NCBI GenBank assembly: GCA_951406725.2
Contig: OX597817.1
Span: 74,462,001-74,526,000 of the forward strand
Origin: Octopus vulgaris
Lineage: Eukaryota
Reading direction: 5' to 3'
DNA: 64,000 nucleotides
Under the pieces are notes generated by a model. The model was not told where the DNA came from and did no database searches. It was given only the letters and a program-made list of their open reading frames with translations. The position numbers and the translations under genes were made by a program. Positions 13,161 through 26,023 of the stretch are shown here, piece after piece; the stretch's first letter is position 1, and every line of letters begins with the position of its first letter.

Positions 13161-14585
13161 AGTGAGCTGGCTGAACTATTAGCATATCAGAAAAAAAGTG
13201 CTTAGTGTTATTTTTTGCAGCTCATTATGTTCCAAATTAAAAGTCTGCTGAGGCTGAATTTGCTTTTCATCCTTTTAGGTTCCATAAAGTAATGTACCAG
13301 TCAATTACTGGAGTTGATATAATTAACTTGCTCTCTTGACTAAAAATGCTGGTCTTGAGCCAAAATTTTAAAGATTATTATTATTATTATTATTATTAAG
13401 GCAGCAAGCTGGCAGAAACTTTAACATGCCAGGCGAAATGCTTAGCATTATTTTGTCTGTCTTTATGTTCCAAGTTCAAATTCCACCGAGGTTAACTTTC
13501 AGGGTCAATATTAAGTACCAGTTGCATACTGAGATCGATCTAATCGACTGGTCCCTCCCCCAAAATTTCAGGCCTAGTGCCTAGAGTAGAATAGATTATT
13601 ATTATTATTATTATTAAGGCGGTGAGCTAGCAGAATCATTAGCATGCCAAGCAAAATGCTTTGAGCAATGGGGTTGATGTAATCAACTAGTCCCTTCCCC
13701 TAAATTTCAAGCCTTGTACCTTCAGTAGAAAGGATTATTATTATTTTTACTATTGTTAAGGCAGCACTTTGGCAGAAGTGCATGCACACCGTACAAAATG
13801 CTTAGCAGCATTTCATCCAATTTTACATTCTGAGTTCAAATTCCACCAAGGTCAACTTTGCTTTTCATCCTTTTGAGGTCAATAAAATAATTTCCAGTCA
13901 CGTACTGGGGTCGATGTAATTAACTCCTCCTCCCCTCCCCTCAAAAAATACAGGCCCTATGCCGGAAATTTGAAACCAGTATTATTGCCTTTAAGGTGGT
14001 AAGCAGGCTGGACAAAAATGCTTAACAGCATGTTTTTCAGTTGTCTGTATTCTGAGTTCAAATCCCACTAAGGTTGATAAAATAATAAGTATCAGTCATG
14101 TACCAGTGTCAATTACATTGACTTACCCTTCCCTTAAAAGTGCTGGCCTTGAGCCAAAATTAGAAGTGGTGAGCTAGCAGAATTGCTAACATGTTGCAAA
14201 ATGCTAGCAACATTTCTTCCAGCTCCTTATGCTCTGAGTTCAAATTCTACTGCAGCTGACTTTACCATTCATCCTTTCAAGGTCAATAAAATAAGTATCA
14301 GTTGAGAACTGGGCTCAATGTAATCAGGTAGTACTTCTTCCCAAAACATTTCAAGCCTTTTGCCCAAGATTAGAAAGAATTAAGGTGACAAGCTAATAGA
14401 ATTGTTAGTTTGTCAGCAAAAATTCTTTGCAGAATTTCTTGCAGCTGTTTATATTCTGAGTTCAAAACCACAGAGAAACTTTGCAGTCAATGAAATAAGT
14501 ACCAGCTGAACACTGGGGTTGATGTAATCAACTAACTCCCTTCCCTAAAATTTCAGGTTTTGTTCCTATAGTAGAAAGGATTGTT
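13161..14585 (+). repeat. Head-to-tail array of ~7 tRNA-derived SINE copies
   Basis: Heads (AAGGCGGYGAGCTGGCAGAA-like) near 13161, 13398, 13616, 13758, 13993, 14165 and 14382; GAGTTCAAATTC B-box, GCCTTTCATCCTTT domain, (ATT)n spacers. Confidence 0.8.
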
Positions 14586-14839
14586 ATTATTCCAAGTTAC
14601 ATAGTACAAAGCCCAATCAAATGTCATTTCTAAAATGTTTTTTTATTCAGGTCTAGTGTTTTCTTTTAACTCACTACCCTATTATATTAATCTTTTGATG
14701 TATATACGAATAATGTCAAAATAAAGCATAGAGGATATTTATTTAACTTAGCTAAAGTTACCATATTAGTATCTATGACATCGTTCCATTTTTTTTTTTT
14801 TAATAAATTATTTTTCATTTATTATTTCTTCTCATTTAG

Positions 14840-15047
14840 GTCTTACGCTACTTACATGGAAATTCTCCGCTGTGGTTCTGCTTTGTGCATTAGCCAACTT
14901 GCCAACTTTCAGTTGCTGTCAGAGTTTTATAATGAGATGATTGTAAAAATGATACCTTGGTTTTATGGCATCTCAGCTCTTCTGTGGATTCTATCCCTGG
15001 TGTTTGGTGGCAGCAAACAACAATTAAAACATCAAAAGACAGCTTAG
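14840..15047 (+). CDS. AGMO: AGMO terminal coding exon
   Basis: ttag|G, phase 2 matches the previous exon. SYATYMEILRCGSALC...KHQKTA* (MExLRC motif). Stop TAG ends at 15047. Confidence 0.85.
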
Positions 15048-15778
15048 TTTCAAAACAATTCTGAAAAACATTTCCTCAAAACTACCATTTTATGTTCTTC
15101 ACAACCAAATATCTTACCAATTAATAATTATACATTAATGTGATGTAAAAAAATATTTTATAATTGGATTTTATATTGATTCTCTTCAAAAATTGACAGT
15201 ATATAATTAACTGATATCTTTTGACAAAACAAAACTATTTTTACAAGAATATAAGCAAATGAATCGGCTCCAGTTTATTACTGTTACATATTGTATCAAC
15301 CCCACTGGGATTTGAGTCATAATGCTACAGAGGAATGCATCTAAATACTATACAGATTCCAGTTTGGTGCTCTGTTTTTATTGACTCACTATTTTCCAGT
15401 TTTTGTGAGGAATGTTATGAATAGATGAAAAATATGCAAAAAGCACATTGTACCAAATGTGAACATAGGAAATACAAATATCAGAAGTGAAGCAGCTGAG
15501 ACACTCCTACCCCAGAGAAACGCACATCTTGATACACAGTTATGTGGAGACAACATGTCCCCTTATTTTCTATCTTGTACTTGTTTCAATCATTGGACTG
15601 CAGTCATGCTGGGGCACCACCTTGAAGGATTTTAGCCTAGCAAATCAATACCAGTACTTATTATTTTTTTTAATGCTTGTTACTTATTCTATTGACATTT
15701 TCTGCTGAACTACTAAGTTATAGGGGTGTAAACAAACCAACATCGGTTGTCAAATGAACAGGGGACAAACACAAACAC

Positions 15779-15828
<50 letters not shown>

Positions 15829-16697
15829 TATTACTTGTTTCAGTCATTGGACTGTAACCATGATGGGAAATTGCTTTGAAGGGTTTTAGTCAAACAAATT
15901 GCCCCCAGTACTTATATTTTGTTTTTAAGCCAGGTACTTTGTCCCTTTTGCTGAACTGCTAAGTTATAGGGACATAAACAAATCAACACCAGTCATCATG
16001 TAAAGGTAGGGACAAACACAGACACATTGATATATATCCTCACACAAACACACACACATGAACTTCTACAATCTTTGTTTTGCAAATTCACTCACAAAGC
16101 ATTGGCTGATCCACTGCTATAGAAGACACTTGCCTAATGTGCCATACAGTAGGACTGAACCCAGAACCATGTGGTTGGGAAGCAGGTCTCTTAACTACAC
16201 AGCCATGCCTGTGCCTTACTTGAGTTTTTGCTTTCATTTCTCTTTTTTTTCGTCTCAATTTTTGAAAATTTCAGTTTAAAAGAGAAGAAAAATACAGTAG
16301 TAGAGACCAAATTCAACCAAGTGAGTTGAATTTGGTAGATGGAAACTGTGCAGAAGCTTGTCACATATATATATATGTCTTTTATCTTTTATGGTAACTG
16401 TCTTCCACTATAGTCTTGGGCCAACCAAAGCCTTGCGAATGGATTTGGTAGATGGAAACCAAAGTCTATAGTGTGTGTATGTAACTTTGTGTCTGTGTTT
16501 GTCACCCCCCCACCGCCACCAATTGACAACAGGTATTGGTTTGCTTATGTCCCCATAACTTAGTAGTTCAGCAAAAAGAGACTGATAGAATAAGCCCCAG
16601 ACTTTGAAAAAAAAGGTAAGCACTAGGGCTGTTTCATTCAACTAAAAGTTCCCCAGCAAGGCCATAGTCTAATGACTGAAACAGATAAGACAAAAGA

Positions 16698-16740
<43 letters not shown>

Positions 16741-18533
16741 TATTTTTATTTTAGTTGAGTCAGTCGCTTGCTACTCTGCAGTTACTCCTGTACATACACT
16801 GAGTCATCAGGCTGACTCAACCAAAATAAAAATATTATTAACCTATACTATGGTATTGAGTTCTTTTTCTTCCAACAAACCACACACACATACATACTTT
16901 TTATTAAAGCCAAAAAATCTTCACAAAGTGTTACTCGGTTACCATTCATCAGACAGTTGTGGTCATACTAAATTTAGTAAGATCACAACTGTCCTACTAA
17001 TGGTAATATGAAACTTTGAGTAATAGTTTGTGAAGATTTTTGTGGCTTTAATAAAAAGCATATTAGTCTACCTTCGGTATTTGAGTACTATTTTTTCCAC
17101 CTTGTTCTGCATTTATGAGCTTGTGTGTGTGTGTATATATAATAAAATAAATAAACGTGCCCTTTTAAAGCCTAGCCAGGCTCATGGGCCCGGTTTCCCG
17201 GTTTCAATGGCATATGTGTTCCCCAGCTGGACGGGACGCCAGTCCATCGCAGCATTACTGATTTTTGCCAGCTGAGTGGACTGGAGCAACGAGAAGAACA
17301 CAAACATGTCACCCGGTCCAGGAATCGAAACCACAATCTTACAATCATGATGCTGACACCCTAACCACTAAGCCACGTGCCTCCAAGTGTGTATGTGTGT
17401 TGTATATATATATATATATATGCTTGTGTATGTGTTTTTAAGTGCTCATGTATGTGCATGTGTGTGTGTGTGTACACCACCATGTATGTATATTATGTTT
17501 ACTGATTTACTGGTATAAAACAGACGTTTTGTAAAAAGATATATACCATTAGCAATTGAATAAGTAGATATTGATAAAAGAGGTGCCAAACTGAAACAAA
17601 TACAGGTGGGTAGTAATTGCAATCAACTAAAACCTTTGAAGATGGTATCCCTTGAATGGCTGCAGTCCAATGAATGAGGCCAGTATAAAAGAAAAAATGG
17701 CAATTCAATTGTATCATGAAATAACATCATGAAATAACAAAACAAGAAAATAACAAATCAGATCATATATTAATCATCAGGATGAGATTAACATGTATAT
17801 TATATTTTTTCTTTTACATAGCATTTTTAATCAATAAAAATAATAAAACAAAAATAATTATCTTTACACATCATTTGGAACTATAAAGCAAGAGTGAAGG
17901 CAATTGATTCACATAGAATAGAGTAAAAAAAAATCATAGATTTTGTATTTCATCTAGAAACCTATTTTGTTTATACCACATTTGCCAGCATTTATAAAAC
18001 ATCATGACAGAGACGCAGTAATTATTCAGTTATCTGTGACAACTTTGTTTTTCTTTTCCTATTTTATAGATAAACATAAAAGAAAATAGAGAAAAAGAGC
18101 AGGTTGCTTTCCAAACCAAAGTTATTAGGGGTTGTTTTTTTTTTTCATTTATAGATGAAAAAAAAAGGAAAGAAAAGCGTTAAAGACTCAAATTAAACCT
18201 ATTACAAATGAATAAAATAAGAACTATTTTGTGAGATATAAATGATTTTATAATACAGTTCATTGATAGAAAAACACAGAGTCTTTATCATTAAGTGATT
18301 GTGATGATGAAGATGATGATGATGGTAATGATGATGATGATGATTAAAATGATGTCATTAGCAATGATAACATAGATAATACAATTATTTTAGAATACAA
18401 TAACAGATTTCTTTTCAAAATAAAAAGAAAATAAAATCATTCTTTTGTTGAGAAATGGCATAGTACAACAAACACAAATAATGAGAAATAGCTTTGTTAA
18501 TGGTTACATCTCTTCTACTAGCATATCAAATCT

Positions 18534-19078
18534 TCATGCAACTAACTCATAGGCATTTGTGAGAAATGTCTTTGGCACCAGACCAATCTGGCCATCAAGC
18601 ATTCCAATCCACCAAGATTGCTTATCATATTCTTTATTCAGAATCCTGATCAGATCTCCTTCTTTAAAAGCAAGCTCAGTGCTGTCATCTGCTACACAAT
18701 CCCAAAGGCTGTAATAGATGTTCTCATAATCATCTGGCTTTATTTCCACTTTGGTGTTTCGAAGGAACTTCTGTACATCAGTGCCAATATCATCATACAC
18801 TTCTCCTATCAGACCATCATCAGAGGCAGCTGGTTCAGTGGGGCGGACAGTTGGAGGATTTCTTTCTGGCAGAGCTGGGGGAGGAGGAGACATATTAGAT
18901 TTGAGAAGCAAGTGCTTCGGTGACCCTGGGATAGGAGGCAACTCAGCTTTCTTGATTGGTGTTAGTTCAGAATCATCTGGCAGACAGTTTAAGTTATCAT
19001 CATATACCTCTTCAGCAATGGATGGCCGTCCATTAATAGGCATGATTTCATCAAATTCTTCATAAATGCTCTCCCCAT
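18534..19078 (-). CDS. SKAP2: SKAP2-like terminal exon (Tyr/Pro-rich linker + SH3)
   Basis: cag|AT, phase 1. Ends in SH3 DYENIYYSLWDCVADDSTELAFKEGDLIRILNKEYDKQSWWIGMLDGQIGLVPKTFL, close to the recalled SKAP2 SH3 (DYANFYQGLWDC...GLVPK). The eight exons total 1239 nt = 412 aa + stop. Confidence 0.93.
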
Positions 19079-19136
19079 CTGAAAAATACAAAACACACTT
19101 TGTTATGTCTGAGGAAAGTCATAGTCTTAATGCCTT

Positions 19137-19341
19137 ATTATCCAACACACTCACTGGCTTGATTTCCACTCATTTAGTATTTATGCTTTTTCTTCCAAAA
19201 TCTTTGTTGCTTTTGCAACTTTGTGAATGGATGTTGAAAGTCAACATCCATTCACAAAGTTGCAAAAGCAATGAAAGTTTTGAAAGAAATAATATAAATA
19301 ATAAATGAGTGAAAATCGAACCAGTGAGTGTGTTAGATAAT
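19137..19341. repeat. Long inverted repeat (101-bp arms, 3-nt loop)
   Basis: Perfect 31-bp inner stem 19207-19237/19241-19271. The outer 70 bp pair without indels, with 13 mismatches by hand count. Confidence 0.95.
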
Positions 19342-20334
19342 GCACCACCAGTGAAGGGACAAGGCATAGTGGTTAGGGTATTGCTAGATTGTGGTTTGAT
19401 TCCAGGACCAGGCAGCGTATTGTGTTCTTGAGCAAAACACTTAATTTCAAGTTGTATATATATTTATGAACATTTATTGATTGTATGTTTTCAGTGACCC
19501 AATCAGGCCAATTGCTGGTCCCTGTAAGACATGTGGAAGGTAAAAATCAGTAGAGCATTAGGCAATATAAATTGTTATTTTTTTCTTTTTTTGTTATATC
19601 CATTTACATTCTGAAGCCAAATTCTGTCCATATCCACCTTGCTTTTCATCCATGTGATATCAATAAAATAAGTGTTGGATGTTGATGTGGCCGACTATAC
19701 CATTCAAGGTGGTACCCCAGCATTGCAACAGACATTATCCTCATCACCACCATCGTCATTATTATTTCACATCTGTCTTCTATGCTGGCATATGTTGGAT
19801 GGTTCGACAGGATCCAACAAGTTAGAGGAACACAACTTGTTCTAGTCTCAGTTTAAGGAAGGTTTCTAAGGCTAGATGCCCTTCCAAATGCCAACCACAT
19901 TATAGAGAATATTGGGTGCCTTTTTTTCAAGTACCAACACAAGTGCGATTTCCATGTAACTCACAAAACCACATTTCAATGACCAAAATCACTAATTTGA
20001 TTTTATATTAAAATGGAGGTGCCTTGTGTATAAATGATTCTGCATAGAATAGAGATTTTACCAAATTCTTACAATAATTATATTTGGTGATAGAGCCTTG
20101 AAATTCTATTCGTTCTGTAGCCTAAACCCACAGCAATAAATCCAAAGGAACGAGGGGTTTGAAAAGTGATTAGCATCCTTATACTAATGCAAGTTGGCTA
20201 CGGATGAAAGCCACAACTTCATTATATGTTAGTGCAACATCCTTTTCAAAATAAAATAAATATTACTGGATTTAAGCTAGTGAAAATCAGTCAATTTGAA
20301 TGCTAAAAGGTAAAAGAATTGATAAAATTGTTAC

Positions 20335-20431
20335 CTTGATCATCCATCATTGAACTTGTCATCATATTCAAAGCAGCATTTTCAATGGAAGACTTCCAGT
20401 CAGCCAGTTCTTCTTTGGATGGAGCCACAAA
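20335..20431 (-). CDS. SKAP2: SKAP2-like exon 7 (PH C-terminal helix)
   Basis: tag|TTT...CAA G|gtaac, 97 nt, phase 0-1. FVAPSKEELADWKSSIENAALNMMTSSMMDDQ contains the invariant PH tryptophan. Confidence 0.88.
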
Positions 20432-20680
20432 CTAAAGGAATAAAATAGTTTAATCAAAAGTAAATTCAACTTTAAATGAGATAACAAGAGAGAGTAAAGC
20501 ATGATGAAGGGAACCTATTTTTGTGAGAGTATGGTAATGGACTGAGTAACAAAGTAAACGTTGTTGGTGAGGAGTACGGAAAGGCTTAGTGTTGAAGGTT
20601 TGTGAAAAAGAGAAGAGCAGAGTCATAAAGGTGAAGGAGTGTATTGTGTAGGGTGGAGTTCAGTGCTATCCCATGTTTAA

Positions 20681-20900
20681 CCCTTTAGCATTTAAAGCAG
20701 CCATATCCAGCCAAAATATTCTGCCTGCTTTATGTTCCAGCTAGCCAGATCTTGCTTCTCACACCTACCCTACAATGTCATTCTAAAAATAAACAATCAC
20801 ATCATCAAAATTTTGATGCTACAAGACAATTCGTGATTAATTCAGAGCAATGTGAATAAATAAGCATTACATTTACCAAAATAATCCAAATGCTAAAGGA
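20681..20900. mobile_element. piggyBac-like MITE family A
   Basis: TTAA|CCCTTTAGCATTT...AAATGCTAAAGGA|TTAA. Confidence 0.8.
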
Positions 20901-21279
20901 TTAAAGAGTAAATATGGAGGAAAATATGATGGGGAGGGTTCATGAAAGAGAGAAAGATGTGGATGCTGAGGATCCAGAATGGCAGTGGAAACAGGATGAT
21001 TGAAGAAAAGACAGGATTTTGGGCTCGTGGAGATAGACCAGAGAGGGAGATGAGAATGTGATGATTTTAGGTGAGCTGAGGGTAGTAGTGTAGAGAATAA
21101 CAAAGATACTCTTGGAAGATAGAGTATGGAAGGAACAGGTAAAAGAAAGAAGGTATTAGTATCAGGGTTTAGGGAGAAAGAATGGCACACAGCAATAAAG
21201 ATGAATGAGGTGTTATGTGAGAGAAAGATCTAATACTATCTATATAAGAATATATACAAATGTTATAAACAAAATTTAC

Positions 21280-21374
21280 CAGATAAGATCGTTTTCCCGG
21301 AGACACAAGTTCAAAACTCAGCTCCTTTTTGCTCGCTTCTTTTACCACATTTGGATTTGTTCTTACTTCATAAT
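21280..21374 (-). CDS. SKAP2: SKAP2-like exon 6 (PH domain)
   Basis: tag|AT...CTG|gtaaat, 95 nt, phase 1-0. DYEVRTNPNVVKEASKKELSFELVSPGKRSYL. Confidence 0.9.
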
Positions 21375-23181
21375 CTAAAAGCAAAAATGCAAAAGAGAAA
21401 AGAAAAATTAAGCAAATTTTAAAAGTGATGTTAATGAAGAGTCACATGATCTATTATGTCATTAGAGTAGGTCTGTTATGAGCCCTAGAGTTTTACTCAG
21501 TTTCCACAGCAGATAAGTGACTGAAATTACATCACTACACCATGGACAAGATGCTTGTACACCACAGTGTTAGCTTCCTAGCTATTACTGGAACTCATTT
21601 ACAACTGATTGGAATGAGAAATGTGAAAATAAATGCCTTTCTCAAGAACACAATGTACCACCAGGTCCAAGAGTGGAAACCATGATCTAACAATCATGAG
21701 TGCAACACCCTACCCACTAGGCCATGCATTATCATGTCAATGGAGTAAATTAAAAGATTTTGCTTTGATTAAGAGTATTAAGGCAAGAGGAACCATCTTT
21801 CTCTAAGCTACATTCAGGGAAGAATTTGAACTCGGAACCCACTACAAGCCACTGGAAACTTGTCTCTACTATGTATGTATAGCATATGCTTTATCTGCTC
21901 ATTGTATCTATTTTCCCTTACATGGACTGCACCAATGAAGTGTTGATTGTTCAGGTCCTGAAAATAATACTGTGTTGATAAGATACAAATCCAGCAAACC
22001 CTTCAACTAGCTGCCCAAACCACTAAAAATGAAAGACCATCTGGAGATGGAAGAAGCACAGTTTGTTGCTGAACTAAATTCTAACACTTCTCGACCTAAG
22101 ATCAATATCAAAATTCTAAATTCTAACACTTGCAGTCTCTGCCATTAAGAGTACAATCATTTTTCCAGATGCCCAGATACCTCTACAATACCCTCAAAAT
22201 ATTATAGCATCTAACAACACTACAACACACCAGAACATTACAACATCCAGTTAATGCTATAATACCCTAGAACATGACAACACTCATGTTCCAGAACACT
22301 AGAAAAACACACACAAAATTGCAGCACCATCAGGGTTTGTAAGGGAGGGATCCATACAGTAACTTGATCTAGGGCCCAGACATCTGAGAAAGAGTTTCCA
22401 TGAATACTTATGGACCTCTCTCTCATAAAAAATATAAAAGAAAGAAAAACTTCTCAGTCACATTGAATTTTGAGGGGAGTTCTCCTTTCACTACCAATAC
22501 TACTACTACCAGTAGAGCCCAGAAACAACTACCACTTCATAAAATTTCTCATGGAAGCCCTGAGTACACCATGAAACACTCAACCCAGAAAAATATAAAA
22601 ACCACAGACAAAAAAGTCAGCTGTAGTATCAATAGCTATACATAATCATTGTCTGCATAGCCATAACACAACATAACACCAGTCAGAAGATATGATTTTA
22701 TCGCTTGGCTAGTTGTCCAGTACTCCACTAACTTAGCCATCAATGTTCCTATTCAATGTCCCAGGAAAGACATTAAACCACATCTGGTGATAAGGCTGCT
22801 TGATCAAGAGTTCAGGAGTTTGGAGAATTGTAGAGGTATCCTCCAATGGTACAGTCAAAGATCCTAATAATGGGTCAAATAGCAGCAGATGTTACTATGG
22901 CTTAAAGTACACAAGACAGAGGAGAGGTGGCCTCTAGACATGTGTCACACAGTGGTAGAACACAATGAGAAATCACTGCTTTATCTTTACAAAGAAAATG
23001 CATGAATCTTCAGACTTTTGCATAGAAGACCATGATTAATGATACTTGTAAAACAGGCATGGCACATGAAGAGAGAGAGAGAGAGTTCCTACCCAAACCC
23101 TCTAAGCATGAAAATTACAAATTTCAAAACATTATTTAAAAAAGGACAAGAAAAGGGTAAAAAGTGGTGAATGAAACTTAC

Positions 23182-23298
23182 CCTTGAGGATAAAAGCACC
23201 CAATTGACGTTTATCTGACTGTTTATCATAATAGTATAAAATATTATCCTTGAGAACACACCAGCGCTTTTGATAGGACTTGAAAAGCAGTACATTTT
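23182..23298 (-). CDS. SKAP2: SKAP2-like exon 5 (PH domain)
   Basis: cag|AA...AAG G|gtaagt, 117 nt. ENVLLFKSYQKRWCVLKDNILYYYDKQSDKRQLGAFILK has the PH motifs QKRWC and LYYY. Confidence 0.92.
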
Positions 23299-23587
23299 CT
23301 GAAATAGTAATTAATTGATTCACAAATAAATACACAATGATATGACAGATACATTTATTATGTTAAAAATAGTTTTAATCTCTGAACAACAAATCTCATA
23401 TATACAATCCATGCTTGCATGCAAAACAGACATAAAATGATGATGATATATATATTGTTCATTTGCTAGTTCATTTTATTGAAGTCTGTTAATCTGTGCT
23501 AGAGTGGATGAGATGACTATATTGTTTAACATCATATATATATTAAGAGAGAGAGGTACACATATATATGTATGTATATCTAGATTA

Positions 23588-23798
23588 CAGGTAAGTTCAC
23601 TGCCATCAATTCATCCTGAATAAAATTCACCACAAGGAAAGGTCACCCAAAAAATATATCCCTAATACCTCACCATTAATAGTTAAAAACTATTTTATTG
23701 AACAAAAAATGGTGAATTGATGATGGTGAACTTTCCATGTGGTGATTTGATGATGGTGAACTCTCCCTGCAGTGAATTGATGACAGTGAACTTACTGG
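23588..23798. mobile_element. Foldback-like MITE with 30-bp subterminal tandem repeats
   Basis: GTAAGTTCACTGCCATCAATTCA is inverted relative to TGAATTGATGACAGTGAACTTAC. Three 30-bp units at 23711, 23741 and 23771. TSD not clear. Confidence 0.55.
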
Positions 23799-25073
23799 AC
23801 ACGGTATGTCTATATACTTGTATATACAATGGTTGCTTCATTTTGTCAGATGATAAACATCTTACATTCAACCTGAGTTTTCTAATTTACTTTCATCATT
23901 GCATGCACACAGACATGACTTTTCAGGCCAGCCAATGACTTACATGTTATTAGACACAAATGACATATTTGATCTTGTGTCAGCACAAAATTAATTTCAT
24001 TTGTTTATAGCATTTATTATTGATGAAACTCAAGGTGGTGTTTTAAACCAAGAATGGTCTTGCATGTCTTGTTGCAGACCAGACATGTAGTGGGGCCTGA
24101 AGGTACGGACAGTGCTGCCACCTGATAATTTGTACCTGTTGATTCTCATGAGCCTCCAAGTGGTTTATATAGATTGATTTACTGATAAGGACACTCTTTT
24201 ACTTGTTTCAGCCATTTGACTGCGGCCATGCTGGAACACCACCTTAAAAGGATTTTTAGTCGAAGAAATCAACCCCAGCACTTATTCTTTGTAAACTTAG
24301 TACTTATTCTAGCTGTCTCTTTTGCCAAAACACTAAATTACAGGGACATAAACACACCAACACCGGTTGTCAGTGATGGGGAGATAAACAAAGACACATA
24401 CACATAAATATATACATATATACATATACATATATATATATGGCCGATGCCAGACCCCTCTGGCACCTGTGCAGGTGGCACGTAAAAAACACCCACTACA
24501 CTCGCGGAGTGGTTGGCGTTAGGAAGGGCATCCAGCTGTAGAAACTCTGCCAGACTAGACTGGAGCCTGGGGCAGTCCCTAGCTCCCCAGACCCCAGTCG
24601 AAACCGTCCAACCCGTGCTAGCACGGAAAACGGACGTTAAACGATGATGATGATATACACACACACACACAATGGACATCTTTCAGTTTCTGTCTACCAA
24701 ATCCACTCACAAGGCTTTGGTCAGCCTGAGGCTACAGTAGAAGACACTTGCTCAAGGGACCGAACCTGGAACTATGTGGTTGGGAACTAACCTTCTTACC
24801 ACATAGCCAGTTATGTGTTACTAGCATCTGTTTATTCTACTTTTCTTAGTGCTCTCTTTAGTTCAGCATGTACTCTCTTCATTCAACATTCTACATGCTG
24901 ACATAATCCTTGTTCTCTAATTTAATTGATCCAGTGCTTCCTCTTCTCAATGATTTAAATCAATTTTCATATGGTTCAGGTTCTGCATGATGTCATCTTT
25001 GACTCTTTTTCTGGGTATATGTTGTGATTTTCCTTGCACTAATTCACCATAGGAAAGTTTCTTTAATCTAGAA

Positions 25074-25414
25074 CAGTGGTTCTCAACTGGGGTCCATACA
25101 GTCCCTGAAGATCCATATAAGATTTTGGGGGGTTCATACAACAAAATAGTAAATTGGGGATCCACTGTAGTATATTAAGGTACCACAAAAAAGTTTTGAT
25201 TTAGAAGTATCTATTACAAGGATCAGCTAAATTTCTTTCTCAAATATTTTATATAGTTCAACCTACACAAGTTAATGTGTGAAAAGCAAAATTGGAATTT
25301 TGAAAAAAATTTCTATAGAACTAGTTTTTAAACACTGATTGGCTATGGGGGTTCACCAAAATAAAATAGTAATCAAAGGGATCCATAGATAAAAAAAATA
25401 GTTGAGAACCCCTG
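25074..25414. mobile_element. hAT (Charlie-type) MITE
   Basis: CAGTGGTTCTCAAC...GTTGAGAACCCCTG TIRs; perfect 8-bp TSD ATCTAGAA (25066-25073/25415-25422). Confidence 0.9.
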
Positions 25415-25519
25415 ATCTAGAAGATCAATACTAGCATATGCTTTTCAGAGAAACAACACTGAGAAGAATGTCAGACATAGAATAATCAGGATATAGTAAT
25501 AAACTACCCACAGTTGTCC

Positions 25520-26023
25520 AATCATTATAAAAAGTAAATCACATAAGGCTGGGGTGGTATTGGATCATGATACAGTAAGACTACCGGTAATAGCAAACTG
25601 CCCATTGCTGTCCAAATCTAGCTATTTTTCTTTTTTTTATGGCCAGACAACAAAGTCCATCCACCACACTTCTAAGTCCAACATCACTGCCTTGATATCT
25701 TGGATACATCACAAATCAGTGTCTGCAATCAAGTTGTCGATGTGTGACAATATTTTCTTCTTCTTACAACACCATGAAGAGGGTTCCACAAGACTAATCT
25801 GGATGCTTCCAGTTCTGGATGGTGCACAGAGTGACCAGACAGTCACAGACATCTTTTCCTGTTCTGCTCACTAACTTATGGCAGATCTCCAGAAAAGGCA
25901 TTTGTTTGTCACATGTTGCTGCCATTTCACATTCAGAGATATTTGTAGCATCTCTGTGTAGCAGTTATCTAAGCCCATTTGATAATTTCTTTTGTCAGTG
26001 TACATGTTTCACTACCATATAAT
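25520..26023 (-). mobile_element. Old RTE-clade LINE 3' relic (continues briefly after 26960)
   Basis: Minus strand gives frameshifted TVKSVLLYGSETCTLTK...LDNCYTEMLQISLNVKWQQHVTN...HPELEASRLVLWNP, typical of RTE C-termini. Related fragments at 27025, 27545 and 28570. Confidence 0.7.

Noticed and set aside
18618-19065. Plus-strand ORFs overlapping the SKAP last exon
   Set aside because: Antisense shadows of the real coding exon.
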